From Planctomycetota bacterium (GTDB taxonomy: Bacteria > Planctomycetota > UBA1135 > UBA2386), in assembly GCA_046290465.1 (NCBI GenBank), contig JBKAGP010000001.1, positions 1,536,001 to 1,600,000 of the forward strand: a DNA stretch of 64,000 bases. The letters run 5' to 3'. The position numbers were made by a program, and so were the translations under genes. A model generated the notes under the pieces. The model had not been told where the DNA came from. It worked only from the letters and a program-made list of their open reading frames with translations, and did no database searches. This document shows, one piece after another, positions 10,295 to 21,179 of the stretch (positions are counted from its first letter, which is position 1; each line of letters opens with the position of its first letter).

Positions 10295-11725
10295 GTGCGC
10301 GCCCTCTTCGTCCGGATCTCTGCCTGCCTGCTGCCGCTGGCGTTCGCCGGGGCACAACAGGCTCCCGCCGCGGTCCACATGGCCAACGGCATCAAGGTCG
10401 GCGACATGCGCGGCGACCGCTGCGCGGTCTGGGTGCGGCTGACGTCGGTGCCGCTCGCCGACCAGCAGGGCCTCGCGTTTCCCCGGCGCAAGCCGCACGA
10501 ACCGCAGTTGCCCGACGGCGCGACGCTCGATCGCATGGCCGGAGCGGTGCCCGGCGCTGCCGGCGAGGTGCGGCTCTCCTACCACCGCGAAGGCGCGGCC
10601 GACCAGGCCCGCACCACCGCGTGGGTCGAGGTGAGCGCGGCGCGCAACCACGCGCACACGTTCGCCCTGCGCAACCTGACGCCCGGCGCGCGCTACCGGC
10701 TGGAGGTCGAAGGCCGCGCGTCCGCGGACCGTGACGTCGACTGCCAGGTGCGCGGTTCGTTCCGGCTGCCGCCGGCCGCCGACCAACGCGAGGCGGTGTC
10801 GTTCTGCGTCATCGCCTGCCAGGACTACCACCGCCGCGACGCCGGCGCACAGGGCCACCGGATCTACTCGCACATGCTCGACGTCGCGCCCGATTTCGTC
10901 GCGCACTGCGGCGACACGATCTACTACGACAAGCCGAAGCCGTGGGCCGACACGGTGGCGCTGGCGCGCTTCAAGTGGAACCGCTTCTACGGCCTGCCGC
11001 TGCAGCGCGACTTCCACGCCAGGGTCGGCACCTACTTCGTCAAGGACGACCACGACACGCTCAAGAACGACTGCTGGCCGGGCCAGCGCTACGGCGAACT
11101 GACCTGGGAACGGGGCCTGCAGCTCTACCGGGAGCAGCTGCCGCTGCTCGAGGGCCTGCCGTACCGCAACGTGCGCTGGGGCGCGCTGCTGGAGGTCTGG
11201 TTCCTCGAAGGGCGCGAGTATCGCTCGCCGAACCGCATGCCCGACGGCCCGGACAAGACCATCCTCGGCGCCGAGCAGTGGCGATGGCTCGAGCGCACGC
11301 TGCAGCAGAGCGACGCGACCTTCAAGGTGATCGTGTCGGCGACGCCGATCGTCGGCCCGGACCGCAAGAACAAGAACGACAACCACGCCAACCTCGGCTT
11401 CCGCAGCGAGGGCGACCGGCTGCGCAAGCTGCTCGCCGCGCACGGAGCCCACGTCGTCTGCGGCGATCGCCACTGGCAGTACGCATCGCACGACCCGACG
11501 ACCGGCCTGCGCGAATGGTGCAGCGGCGCCGCGTCCGACCAGCACGCCGGCGGCTTCCACCAGAAGCTGCGTACCGAACAGCACGACTACCTGCGCATCC
11601 GCGGCGGCTTCCTGCACGTTCGCGCCGAGCCGGACGGCGACGGCGCGCGCCTGTGGATGCGGCACGTCGACACCGACGGCAAGGTCCAACACGAAGACGT
11701 CCTCACCCCCTCGAGCCCCAAGTGA
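10295..11725 (+). CDS. Alkaline phosphatase D family metallophosphoesterase
   Basis: MANGIKVGD, HCGDTIYYD, KDDHD, GREYRSPN, TILGAEQWRWL, CGDRHWQY; signal peptide. Confidence 0.9.
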   Translation: MRALFVRISACLLPLAFAGAQQAPAAVHMANGIKVGDMRGDRCAVWVRLTSVPLADQQGLAFPRRKPHEPQLPDGATLDRMAGAVPGAAGEVRLSYHREGAADQARTTAWVEVSAARNHAHTFALRNLTPGARYRLEVEGRASADRDVDCQVRGSFRLPPAADQREAVSFCVIACQDYHRRDAGAQGHRIYSHMLDVAPDFVAHCGDTIYYDKPKPWADTVALARFKWNRFYGLPLQRDFHARVGTYFVKDDHDTLKNDCWPGQRYGELTWERGLQLYREQLPLLEGLPYRNVRWGALLEVWFLEGREYRSPNRMPDGPDKTILGAEQWRWLERTLQQSDATFKVIVSATPIVGPDRKNKNDNHANLGFRSEGDRLRKLLAAHGAHVVCGDRHWQYASHDPTTGLREWCSGAASDQHAGGFHQKLRTEQHDYLRIRGGFLHVRAEPDGDGARLWMRHVDTDGKVQHEDVLTPSSPK

Positions 11726-11730
11726 TCGCC

Positions 11731-12903
11731 ATGAACCGCGCCCTGCTCCTGTTCTCGCTGCTGACCTTCGCCGCCTGCGAGTCCGCCCCGCCCCGCTGGT
11801 ACAAGGGCAACCTGCACACCCACACGCTGTGGAGCGACGGCAACCACTTCCCGGAGATGGTCGTCGACTGGTACGCGCAGCGTGACTACGACTTCCTCGC
11901 GCTCACCGAGCACAACATCGTCGCCGACCACGAACGCTGGATGCAGAACGACCAGGTCGTGCGCCGCGGCGGCCGCACGGCGCTGGCCGACTACCGGGCC
12001 CGCTTCGGCACGGACTGGGTCGAGGAGCGCCAGCGCGACGGCAAGCTCGAGGTGCGGCTGAAGCGGCTCGACGAGATCATGCCGCTGTTCGACCAACTGC
12101 TGCTGATCCCGGCCGAGGAGATCACGACGTCGTTCGAGAAGAAGCCGATCCACATCAACGCCAGCAACGTCGCGGCGAAGATCCCGCCGAGCACCGGCAC
12201 CAGCGTGCAGGACGTGATGCGCAAGACGCTGCAGGCGGTCGCCGCGCACGCCGCGGAGCACGATCGGCCGGTGCTGGCGCACCTCAACCACCCCAACTTC
12301 GGCTGGGGGGTCACCGCCGACGACCTGGCCCAGGTCCAGGAGGAGCACTTCTTCGAGGTCTACAACGGCCACCCGAGCGTGCACCACCGCGGCGACGCGA
12401 CCCGTCCGGGCACCGAGCGCATCTGGGACATCGCCAACACCACGCGCCGCCGCGACCTCGATGCGCCGCTGCTCTACGGCCTCGGCACCGACGACTGCCA
12501 CAAGTACCACAACGCAGCGGGCTCGACGCCCGGCCGCGGCTGGGTGATGGTGCGCGCCCGCGCATGCACCACCGAAGCGCTGCTGGCGGCGATCGAAGCC
12601 GGCGAGTTCTACGCGTCGAGCGGCGTCGTGCTCGACGACGTGACGTTCGACGGGCGCACGATGACGATCGACATCGCCGCCCAGGGGAACGCGAGCTACG
12701 TGACCGAGTTCGTCGGCACGCGCCGCGACGGCGAGGTCGGCGAGGTGCTGGCCCGCGTCGAGGGCCTGCGGCCGACCTACACCGCGCGCGGCGACGAGCT
12801 GTTCGTGCGCGCGACCGTGACGTCGACGCTGCCGGCCGACAACCCGGTGTGGGAAGGCCAGCCCCGCCAGGCCTGGGTGCAGCCGGTCACGCTGGCGCCG
12901 TAG
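11731..12903 (+). CDS. PHP-domain metallohydrolase lipoprotein (CehA/McbA-like)
   Basis: WYKGNLHTHTLWSDG, FLALTEHN, HLNHPNF, EVYNG, TDDCH; lipobox FAAC. Confidence 0.85.
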   Translation: MNRALLLFSLLTFAACESAPPRWYKGNLHTHTLWSDGNHFPEMVVDWYAQRDYDFLALTEHNIVADHERWMQNDQVVRRGGRTALADYRARFGTDWVEERQRDGKLEVRLKRLDEIMPLFDQLLLIPAEEITTSFEKKPIHINASNVAAKIPPSTGTSVQDVMRKTLQAVAAHAAEHDRPVLAHLNHPNFGWGVTADDLAQVQEEHFFEVYNGHPSVHHRGDATRPGTERIWDIANTTRRRDLDAPLLYGLGTDDCHKYHNAAGSTPGRGWVMVRARACTTEALLAAIEAGEFYASSGVVLDDVTFDGRTMTIDIAAQGNASYVTEFVGTRRDGEVGEVLARVEGLRPTYTARGDELFVRATVTSTLPADNPVWEGQPRQAWVQPVTLAP

Positions 12904-13057
12904 CCGCGGCAAAGCCTCGGCAGCGACAACGCCGCGCTACGTGCGCCTGCATGAGCGAACCGGACGCCGCATGGATCCGGCTGTGCGAGGTCGTCGCCGA
13001 CTGCGCCGACGCCAACCGCATCGCCGGCGGCCTGGGCGTGACGCTCGAGCGCTGCGT

Positions 13058-14911
13058 TCAGCGCGGCGCGGCGACGCGCACCAGCACCGCGCGATCCTCG
13101 AGCGTCACCAGCGCCAGGCCGTGCCGCGGCCGGAAGTCGACGTGCCGCGCCCACGATCCCAGCGCCAGCCGCGGCCCCACCACGCCGTTCTGCACGTCGA
13201 GCACGGCCAGCTGCTGCTCGTCGTCGACGCCGAGCAGGCGCCCGTCGTCGAGCCAGTGCACGTGGTGCAGCTTGCGGCCCAACCGGCCCTGCTCGGTGAG
13301 TGCGGGCAGCGCTCGCAGCACGACCTGCTCGTCGTAGACGACCGCGACGCGGCTCGCGTCCGGCGACACGGCCAGGCCCCGGAAGCGGTCGTCGGCGTCG
13401 ATCGAACCGAGCAGCCGACCGTCGGCGGCCAGCACCCGGAGGCCGTCGCGCAGCCCGAACGCGCCCGACGTGCGCACCAGCATCTGCCCCGCACGCGTTC
13501 CGCCGAGCGGCTTCACCTGCTGGATGCGTTGGTTCTCGAGCAGCACGTCCTGGTGGTCGAACACCGACTGCGCCGGGCCCCCGGCCACCAGGTCGACGAC
13601 CTGGTCGCCCCAGGTCAAGAACCGCTGGTCCTGGGACAGCGACGGCCAGCCCTCGTGGCCGCCGCGCTGGCGCAATTCGAGCTCGAACGGCACCGAACGC
13701 ACCAGGTCGACGCGCGGCTTGCCGCCACCCGAGATCTTCCACAGCTGCAGTTCGCGTCGTTCGCGTTCGTCGGTGTTGGACTTCAGCACCATCAGCGCCA
13801 GCTCGACGCCGGAGCGGTTCTCGAGGAACGTCGCGTCCTCCGGCAACCCCGCCACCGGCAGGCGGCGGCCCGACGCGACCTCGAAGATCTCGATCGAACC
13901 CGAACGGAAGCTCGGCGCCAGCGCCGCATGGCGGCCGTCGCTGGTCAGGATCGCCGACGTCGGCTGGCGCGCGTGCAGGTTGGCGAGCCGACGCGGCGCC
14001 GCACCTCGGGCATGCAGTTCGATCGCGCCGTCGACGACGCGTGCCCAGCTGCTGCCGTCGGCGCACAGCGCGACCGGCCCGCTGTCGCCGAGCGATTCCG
14101 GCTCGCCGCCGTCGACGATGCGCAGCAGGCCCTGGCCGTTGCGCACCAGCACCGTGCTGCCGTCCGCGGTCGCGTCGAGCGAGACTCCGAGGATGCCGAC
14201 CGAACGGTCCTTCCCGAGCCCCTGCAGCTTGCCGTACCAGCCGAGCCGCAGCAGCCGGCCGTCGCCGAGCCAGACCATGTCGTGCACCCAGCCGGCCTGG
14301 CGACGCCGCTCCGACAGGTCCCCCGACGTGGCGTCGAACACCAGCGTCTCGCGGCGCCGCGTGCCGACCGCGACCCGCTTCGACGCACGATCGAACGCGA
14401 TCACGTCGGCGCTGAGGTCGTCCCCGATCGGCAGCGAGCGCACCACCTCGAACGTCGCGCCGTCGAGCAGTTCGGCGTAGCCCTTCTTGCGCAGCACGCA
14501 CAGCCGTCGACCGTCGCCGCTCCAGTCGAGCGCGCGCGGGTTGGCGCACGGCGAGTCGTGCAGCAGCTCGCCGCCGCGCAGGGAGAACACCCGCAGGCGA
14601 TCGCCGACGGCGGCCAGCCGCCGGCCGTCGGGCGAGAAGCAGACGCGGCCGATCCAGTGGCCGCCTGCCGAAAGCCGGTGCCGCAGTTCGCCGCTGGCGA
14701 CGTCGTAGACGAGCACCTCCCCGCGTTCGCCGCCGGACGCCAGCTGCGTGCCGTCGGCCGAGAACTGCAGCGTCTGGCTGCGCCCGCCGCTCAGCCGGAA
14801 GGTCCGTTCGAGCCGCAGCGGTGCCGCGACCTGCGCCGGCAACCACGACGCCAGCACCGCGACCAACAACGCCGCACCTGCGGCGATCCGCGCCACGCCG
14901 GCCTGGCCCAT
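13058..14911 (-). CDS. Secreted WD40/beta-propeller repeat protein
   Basis: Repeats FSADGTQLASGG, CFSPDGRRLAAV, WSGDGRRL, VSPDASRVAV; signal peptide ending LPA|Q. Confidence 0.8.
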   Translation of the reverse strand: MGQAGVARIAAGAALLVAVLASWLPAQVAAPLRLERTFRLSGGRSQTLQFSADGTQLASGGERGEVLVYDVASGELRHRLSAGGHWIGRVCFSPDGRRLAAVGDRLRVFSLRGGELLHDSPCANPRALDWSGDGRRLCVLRKKGYAELLDGATFEVVRSLPIGDDLSADVIAFDRASKRVAVGTRRRETLVFDATSGDLSERRRQAGWVHDMVWLGDGRLLRLGWYGKLQGLGKDRSVGILGVSLDATADGSTVLVRNGQGLLRIVDGGEPESLGDSGPVALCADGSSWARVVDGAIELHARGAAPRRLANLHARQPTSAILTSDGRHAALAPSFRSGSIEIFEVASGRRLPVAGLPEDATFLENRSGVELALMVLKSNTDERERRELQLWKISGGGKPRVDLVRSVPFELELRQRGGHEGWPSLSQDQRFLTWGDQVVDLVAGGPAQSVFDHQDVLLENQRIQQVKPLGGTRAGQMLVRTSGAFGLRDGLRVLAADGRLLGSIDADDRFRGLAVSPDASRVAVVYDEQVVLRALPALTEQGRLGRKLHHVHWLDDGRLLGVDDEQQLAVLDVQNGVVGPRLALGSWARHVDFRPRHGLALVTLEDRAVLVRVAAPR

Positions 14912-14918
14912 CGCAGCG

Positions 14919-15920
14919 CTACTCCGGCAGGCGCAGACCCGACAGGGTCCAGCGCGGGTGCCAGTAGTCGAACCCGACCTTCATCTCGCCGCCGGCGACG
15001 GTGAAGTAGACCGAGCAGCTGCCGTCGGCGCGCATGCCGCCGATGCGCGCCTCCTCGAGCACCGGGCGGCGCTCGTGCCACTCGCGGCGTTCGAGCAGCG
15101 TCGCGAGCGAGTTCGCCAGGCGACCGTCGGGGATCCGCGTCAGCTCCTGCAGGCCGTCGCAGCCGGGTGCGCCCCAGGCCGCCCGGAACGCCGCGACGCC
15201 CGAGTCGACCGACGGCGGCTGCCACTCGGGCCACGCGAAGCGGGTGATGCGCCAACGATCGTTCTCGGTCAGCAACCACGCGACCCGCAGCTTGTCGCCG
15301 GCACAGTCCCACGACGTGGCCGCGCGGCGGTCGCGCCGCTCGATCTCGCACGTGCCGAGGGTGGGCATGTCGGCGAGCCAGCCCCGCTTGGTCAGCTTCG
15401 CCTTCAGCTTCGACGACGTGCGCGCGCTGTTGGCGTCGATCCTGTCGATCATCGCGTCGGCGTCGCCGGCCTGCCACAGCGCCTCGAACTCGGCCGCGGC
15501 GTCCTCGATCGCCGGCGGCAGGGTCATCGCCCAGACACCCCCGCCGACCAGGAACAGCGCCCCGACCGTCACCAGGATGATGCGCAGCGCCGACGAGTTG
15601 CCCTTCTGCGAACGCTCGCGACGCCGGGTTCGCGAACGTTCGCCGACGCCTTCTTCGGCGATGCGTTCGGCGCGGCTCTTGACGCCGTACTTGCGGCTCG
15701 GCGAGGCCACCCGCGCGGCGCCGCGCACCTCCGCCGGCGTGCGCGCCTTGCGCGCCGAACTGCCGGGCACCGGCGGCGGCGCGGGACCACCGGCCGGCGG
15801 CAGCGGCGGCGGCGCGGCCGACGGCGTCGCGGCCGGCTTCAGGCTCGCGCCGCATGCGACGCAGACCTCGGCGTCGGACTTGTTCAGGGCATCACAGTGC
15901 TCGCACGCGATCATCGGCAT
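14919..15920 (-). CDS. Zinc-ribbon membrane protein with Pro-rich linker and duplicated extracytoplasmic domain
   Basis: CEHCD...CVACG N-terminus, one TM helix, two similar halves (AAEFEALWQ / VAAFRAAWG; KRGW / RREW). GGAG RBS. Confidence 0.7.
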   Translation of the reverse strand: MPMIACEHCDALNKSDAEVCVACGASLKPAATPSAAPPPLPPAGGPAPPPVPGSSARKARTPAEVRGAARVASPSRKYGVKSRAERIAEEGVGERSRTRRRERSQKGNSSALRIILVTVGALFLVGGGVWAMTLPPAIEDAAAEFEALWQAGDADAMIDRIDANSARTSSKLKAKLTKRGWLADMPTLGTCEIERRDRRAATSWDCAGDKLRVAWLLTENDRWRITRFAWPEWQPPSVDSGVAAFRAAWGAPGCDGLQELTRIPDGRLANSLATLLERREWHERRPVLEEARIGGMRADGSCSVYFTVAGGEMKVGFDYWHPRWTLSGLRLPE

Positions 15921-16025
15921 GACGGTCTCCGGGGGTTCTTCCAGCCCGGAGCTTAGCGGATCGGACGCGGCCGAACACAGCGACCATCGACCGACAGGGC
16001 CCGCGGGCCGCGCCGGGCAGGCGGC

Positions 16026-16898
<873 letters not shown>

Positions 16899-16909
16899 GT
16901 GCAGTCCTG

Positions 16910-18229
16910 TCAGTCCTGATCGTCGTCGTATCGCAGCACGGAGCGCGCCCGCAGGTCGCGGCCGCCGCGGCCCCGACCTCGGTCGCGGTCGCGGTCGCGG
17001 TCGCGATCGTGACCCCGACCGTGCGGCTCCGGCGGGTGCATGCGGTCGTTGGGCCGGCTGTACCAGCTCGGCGCGAACAGCCGCTTGATCAGCATCGTCG
17101 CGTAGGCGCCGCGCGGCAACGAGAACTGCAGCGTCGCCTTGACCTGCCCCTCGTGCATGTCGTCCGGCTCGATGCGCACGTCGGCGACGTCCTTCGGCTT
17201 GACGAACGCGTCGCGCTGCTCGTGCTTCCAGATCATGCCGGGCACCTCGTGCTCGACGAAGTCGGTGCGGCGCAGTTCGGCGCGCTTCAGCTCCTCGACC
17301 ATCGCCTTCTTGAACGGCGGGCTGCCGCCGTCGCCGTCGAGGCCGAACAGCGGCGTGCGCATCGCCTTGAGCTTCTCCTCGCGTTCGGGCGACAGGTACT
17401 TCCACGCCAGCAGGTCGCCGGCGAGCGTCGACAGGCGCAGGCGCTGCGCGCCGCGCACCGCCACCCGCAGCAGGTTGCTGAGCGCGCGGTTCCACAGGAA
17501 GCTCTGGAACGCGAACGCGTGGATCACGCGCAGGCGCAGCGGCACGAACGGCAGCGCGCCGCGGAAGTCGCGCGGGTTGTTGCAGAGGTGCTCGAACAGC
17601 GGCTCGTAGGCCGGGCCGCGCGCGATCCGCAGGCACGCCTCCCAGTCGCCCCAGCGCAGCTGCAGCGCCTTCTTGAGCTTGACGTCCCCGCTGATCGCGA
17701 CCGGCGACGGCTCGGCCACCAGCTGCTGCAGCGCGCGCTCGAAGTTGCCGTGCAGCACGCTCTGCATCGGGAACCCCTGGCCGTGGCGCAGGCTGCCGAA
17801 GCGCTGGTCGTCGAAGTAGTTCGGAAAGCCCGTCTTGACCAGCGACGGCATGCTGCGGCGCAGCGTCGCGGCCTCGGTCGGACGCAGGTCGCGCACCGTG
17901 ATCGTGAACGCGTTGCCGTCGGACTGCTTGGACGTGATCGGCTTGTCGGTGGTGCCGCACGGCGTGACGCGCAGGTTGGCGAGCTTCAGCTCGACCGCGC
18001 GCCGCTCGATGGTGATGAACTGATCGGTGACCGCCTGGCGGTCCTTGAGGCCGGCGTAGGCGATCTTGGCGCGCTCGACGTCGGCGTCGCGCGACAGCAT
18101 CGTCAGCGCCTCCGGCGTCGACAGCTTCTCTTTGTGCAGCTTGTGCACGACGAAGTCGCCGTCCGGCACTTCGTCCCATTCCAGCAGTTCGCGAACGCGG
18201 AAGTCTTCGGGCGTGGTCTTCAGTCGCAC
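16910..18229 (-). CDS. truD: tRNA pseudouridine(13) synthase TruD
   Basis: LKTTPEDFRVRE, AGLKDRQAVT, GNAFTITVR, GFPNYFDDQRFG, FSLPRGAYATM. Confidence 0.92.
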   Translation of the reverse strand: MRLKTTPEDFRVRELLEWDEVPDGDFVVHKLHKEKLSTPEALTMLSRDADVERAKIAYAGLKDRQAVTDQFITIERRAVELKLANLRVTPCGTTDKPITSKQSDGNAFTITVRDLRPTEAATLRRSMPSLVKTGFPNYFDDQRFGSLRHGQGFPMQSVLHGNFERALQQLVAEPSPVAISGDVKLKKALQLRWGDWEACLRIARGPAYEPLFEHLCNNPRDFRGALPFVPLRLRVIHAFAFQSFLWNRALSNLLRVAVRGAQRLRLSTLAGDLLAWKYLSPEREEKLKAMRTPLFGLDGDGGSPPFKKAMVEELKRAELRRTDFVEHEVPGMIWKHEQRDAFVKPKDVADVRIEPDDMHEGQVKATLQFSLPRGAYATMLIKRLFAPSWYSRPNDRMHPPEPHGRGHDRDRDRDRDRGRGRGGRDLRARSVLRYDDDQD

Positions 18230-19221
18230 TTGGGTCTCCGCGTGCTGTTGGCGTGCTTCTCGACGTGTCGCAGGGCGACCGCGAGGTCTTCGGGCAAAGG
18301 GGCTTCGACGTCGATCTCGGAACCGTCGACGTCACGGAACGACACGCGCTCGGCGTGCAGGAACATGCGCTGCAGCAGCGGACGTTCCTCGACACCCGTG
18401 CGCTTCTTGTAATCCGGCTTGAGGCGCGACAGCAACAACCGTTCGCCGCCGTAGTCCTCGTCGCAGACGATCGGGTGGCCGACCGACTGCAGGTGCACGC
18501 GCAGCTGGTGGCCGCGGCCGGTGGTCGGGTGCAGCGCGAGCAGCGCGTGGCGGCGGAAGCGCTGCCGCACGCGCACGTCGGTGTGCGCCTCGCGGAAGCC
18601 CTTCTTGTCGCGATCGGAGGCCACCACCATGCCGGGCCGGCGCCGATCGGGGCCGAGGAACGCGTCGATCGCGAACTCGTCCTGGTGCGGCACGCCCGCG
18701 ACCAGCGCCACGTAGGTCTTGCGCACGTGCCGTTCGCGGAACTGCTGGTCGAAGTGGCGCGCGGCCTCGAGGCCCTTGGCGAGCACCAGGCAGCCCGAGG
18801 TGTTGCGATCGAGCCGGTGCACGATGCGCAGGTCGTCGTCGGGCCGCAGCTCCTGCAGGCGGCCGTGCACCCCCGGCTCCTTGCCGTGGCGCGTCGGCAC
18901 CGACGGCACGCCGGCCGGCTTGGCGACGACCAGCGCGGTGCCGGTCTCGGCGAGCACGACGAGGTCGACGCGCGGCGCAGCGGGCGCCTCTGTGGCCGGC
19001 TCGCGCGACTCGGGCACCTGGGTCAGCGTCACGACGTCGCCGACGCGCAGGCGCCGGTCGCTGACGCACTCCTCGCCGTTCACGCTTACCTCACCGCCCG
19101 CAACGATTTGGCGCAGATCGCTGCGACGGACCCCGGGCCACGAGCGGGCCAGGAGGTCGTGCAGACGGATCCCAGCCAGCTCGCGCTCGACGACCAGGAC
19201 TTCGAACTCGGACGCGCTCAA
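18220..19221 (-). CDS. RluA family pseudouridine synthase (S4 domain + catalytic domain)
   Basis: KPAGV, VHRLDRNTSG, TGRGHQLRVHL, GHPIVCDEDYG, LHA. TTG start uncertain. Confidence 0.9.
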   Translation of the reverse strand: MSASEFEVLVVERELAGIRLHDLLARSWPGVRRSDLRQIVAGGEVSVNGEECVSDRRLRVGDVVTLTQVPESREPATEAPAAPRVDLVVLAETGTALVVAKPAGVPSVPTRHGKEPGVHGRLQELRPDDDLRIVHRLDRNTSGCLVLAKGLEAARHFDQQFRERHVRKTYVALVAGVPHQDEFAIDAFLGPDRRRPGMVVASDRDKKGFREAHTDVRVRQRFRRHALLALHPTTGRGHQLRVHLQSVGHPIVCDEDYGGERLLLSRLKPDYKKRTGVEERPLLQRMFLHAERVSFRDVDGSEIDVEAPLPEDLAVALRHVEKHANSTRRPKCD

Positions 19222-19427
19222 GGGGCGAACAGGATACGGAGCACCCGACGAGGCTCAAGCCCCCATACGGCCCAACCGTGGTCGGTAACGACCCTGTCTC
19301 GACCCGCCGCGGCCCTTGCGACACTGTCCGACGCATGAGAGCATTCCGTCTCGCGTCCGGGACACGGTAGTCCCCAACCCCGGACGCGCTCCCCTAAGTA
19401 GCCTGATCTAAACCTCTTGAGTTTTTT

Positions 19428-19457
19428 TTGCCAACGCGGCACGGTCCTCGCTAAGAA
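19428..19457 (+). promoter_or_regulatory. Possible sigma70 promoter upstream of the structured element
   Basis: TTGCCA-18nt-TAAGAA preceded by a T tract. Confidence 0.35.
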
Positions 19458-19464
19458 CGAAGCA

Positions 19465-19763
19465 TGCAGATGAGAGGCCCGTTCCAGAGTGCGAGTCGGC
19501 GGGAGCCCAAGGCCCGTCCGGCAACCGGCTTCGGAGCGGGTTCAAGCAGAGAGCTGTGTGGAGAAGACACGACGCTGATGGCCTTGGTTGGCGAGACCCA
19601 GCCATCTGGCGTAGGTCGTCGATCCGGTCGGTTGCCAGTGGCGAGCTGGCAGCAGGCCTCTGCGAAGCACCCCAGGTGCTGACGCAGGTCGGCGGCCAAG
19701 GATGAGGGGTAACACCCCATTCCCACTGCCCGGCGTTCGAGAGAACGTCGGGCAGTTTTTTTT
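19465..19763 (+). ncRNA. Candidate structured non-coding RNA or attenuator leader (family not recognised)
   Basis: Several nested helices (AGAGGCC 19473-79/GGCCTCT 19655-61; GGCAACCGGC 19520-29/GTCGGTTGCC 19627-36; GATGGC/GCCATC; AGCACC/GGTGCT; GGGGT/ACCCC), no convincing ORF, ends in an intrinsic terminator. Confidence 0.5.
19726..19763 (+). terminator. Rho-independent terminator
   Basis: 13-bp stem CTGCCCGGCGTTC/GAACGTCGGGCAG (one G-U), GAGA tetraloop, T8 tail. Confidence 0.85.
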
Positions 19764-19790
19764 GCCGGCCGAACTGCCGATGACACCGGC

Positions 19791-21179
19791 ATGCGGTGCT
19801 CGGTCGTCATCCCCTGCCACAACGGCGTGGAGCTGACCCGTGCCTGCCTGCAGACGCTGCTCGCGCAGACCGCGCCGCCCGACGAGATCCTGATCGTCGA
19901 CAACGCCAGCGACGACGCAACCACCGCGCTCGCCGACGAGTTCGGCCCACCGGTCCGCGTGCTGCGGCAGCAGCGCAACCTCGGCTTCGCCGGCGGCGTC
20001 AACGCGGGCCTGCGGGCCGCCAGCGGCGAAGAGCTGCTGGTGGTCAACAACGACACCCAGGCGGCCAACAACCTGATCGCCGAGCTGCGCCGCGCGCTGC
20101 ACCACAGCCCCACCATCGGTGCGGTCGCGCCGGTCAGCAACCACGTCAAGGGCGACGCCCACCTGATGGTCGGCGAGTTCGCGCGCGATCCGGAGCAACG
20201 CGAAGCGCTCGCCGAAGAACTGCAGCAGGCGCCGCTGCTGCAGGACGTCGACACGCTCGCGGGCCTGTGCCTGATGGTGCGCCGCGGCACGCTGGCCGAG
20301 GTCGGCCTGCTCGACGAACGCTTCGGCCACGGCAACTACGAGGACGACGACTTCAGCCTGCGGCTGCGCCTGCACGGCTATCGGCTGGCGGTCGCCCGGC
20401 GCGCGTTCCTGCACCACGAGGGACACGCGACGTTCCACGCGCTGGGCATCGACCTGTTCGACGAGATCGAGCGGCGTCTCGGGCAGTTCCGCGACAAGTG
20501 GCAGCACCACCCGGCCGGGCTGGCGACCATCGCCAACCTGCACAGCGACCTGCGGCTCGCCGCCGCAGCGGCCGAGGAGGCCCGGCGCCGGTGCCCGCAG
20601 TGGCTCGACGCCGACTGGCTGATCGGCCGCTTCCACGAACGCCGCGGCGACGCCGACCGCGCGATCCGCCACCTGCGCACGTTCTTGCGCCACTGCCCCG
20701 AACACGTCGAAGCCCGCCTGTTCCTCGGCACCGCGCTGCTGCGCGCCGGCCGCACCGACGAGGGCACCGCGGTGCTCGAGGCGACGCTGCGCCGGCACCG
20801 GCCGACGCGCGGCCAGGAGACCCACATGCTCGAACGGCTCGGCGAACTCGCCTACCAGCGCGGCCAGCACACCGCCGCGCTCGAGCACTTCTCGCTGGCG
20901 ACCGGGCTGATGCCCGAACGCAACGAACTGCACAACTGGCGCGGCCTGTGCCTGCTGGCGCTCGGCCGCGTTGAGGCGGCCCGGCACTCGTTCGCGCGTG
21001 CGATCGAACTGGGCCACGCGCTCGCGCACAGCAACCTCGGCGTCTGCCTGCACCGACTCGGCCACGAGGACGAGGCGTTCCGCAGCTTTGAGCAGGCGGT
21101 GGTGCTGCTGCCCGAAGACCCGATCGCGCGCGCCAACTACGACGCCGGACTGGCGGCGCGCAGCCCCGCGCCCTGCTGA
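19791..21179 (+). CDS. Glycosyltransferase family 2 with C-terminal TPR repeats
   Basis: SVVIPCHN, IVDNASDD, NLGFAGGVN, NND, LDERFGHGNYEDDDF; TPR helices (AHSNLGVCL, ARANY). Confidence 0.9.
   Translation: MRCSVVIPCHNGVELTRACLQTLLAQTAPPDEILIVDNASDDATTALADEFGPPVRVLRQQRNLGFAGGVNAGLRAASGEELLVVNNDTQAANNLIAELRRALHHSPTIGAVAPVSNHVKGDAHLMVGEFARDPEQREALAEELQQAPLLQDVDTLAGLCLMVRRGTLAEVGLLDERFGHGNYEDDDFSLRLRLHGYRLAVARRAFLHHEGHATFHALGIDLFDEIERRLGQFRDKWQHHPAGLATIANLHSDLRLAAAAAEEARRRCPQWLDADWLIGRFHERRGDADRAIRHLRTFLRHCPEHVEARLFLGTALLRAGRTDEGTAVLEATLRRHRPTRGQETHMLERLGELAYQRGQHTAALEHFSLATGLMPERNELHNWRGLCLLALGRVEAARHSFARAIELGHALAHSNLGVCLHRLGHEDEAFRSFEQAVVLLPEDPIARANYDAGLAARSPAPC

Noticed and set aside
12951..13060. 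Small ORF MSEPDAAWIRLCEVVADC...
   Set aside because: Runs antisense into the WD40 gene with no nearby stop and no recognisable family; at best a fragment.
19480..19710. SAM-I/SAM-IV riboswitch (GAG...GGCAACC...GGTGC...GATGA fragments, near mtnP)
   Set aside because: No P1 AUC/GAU pairing or correct spacing; GGCAACC is tied up in a different long helix, and the element faces away from mtnP.
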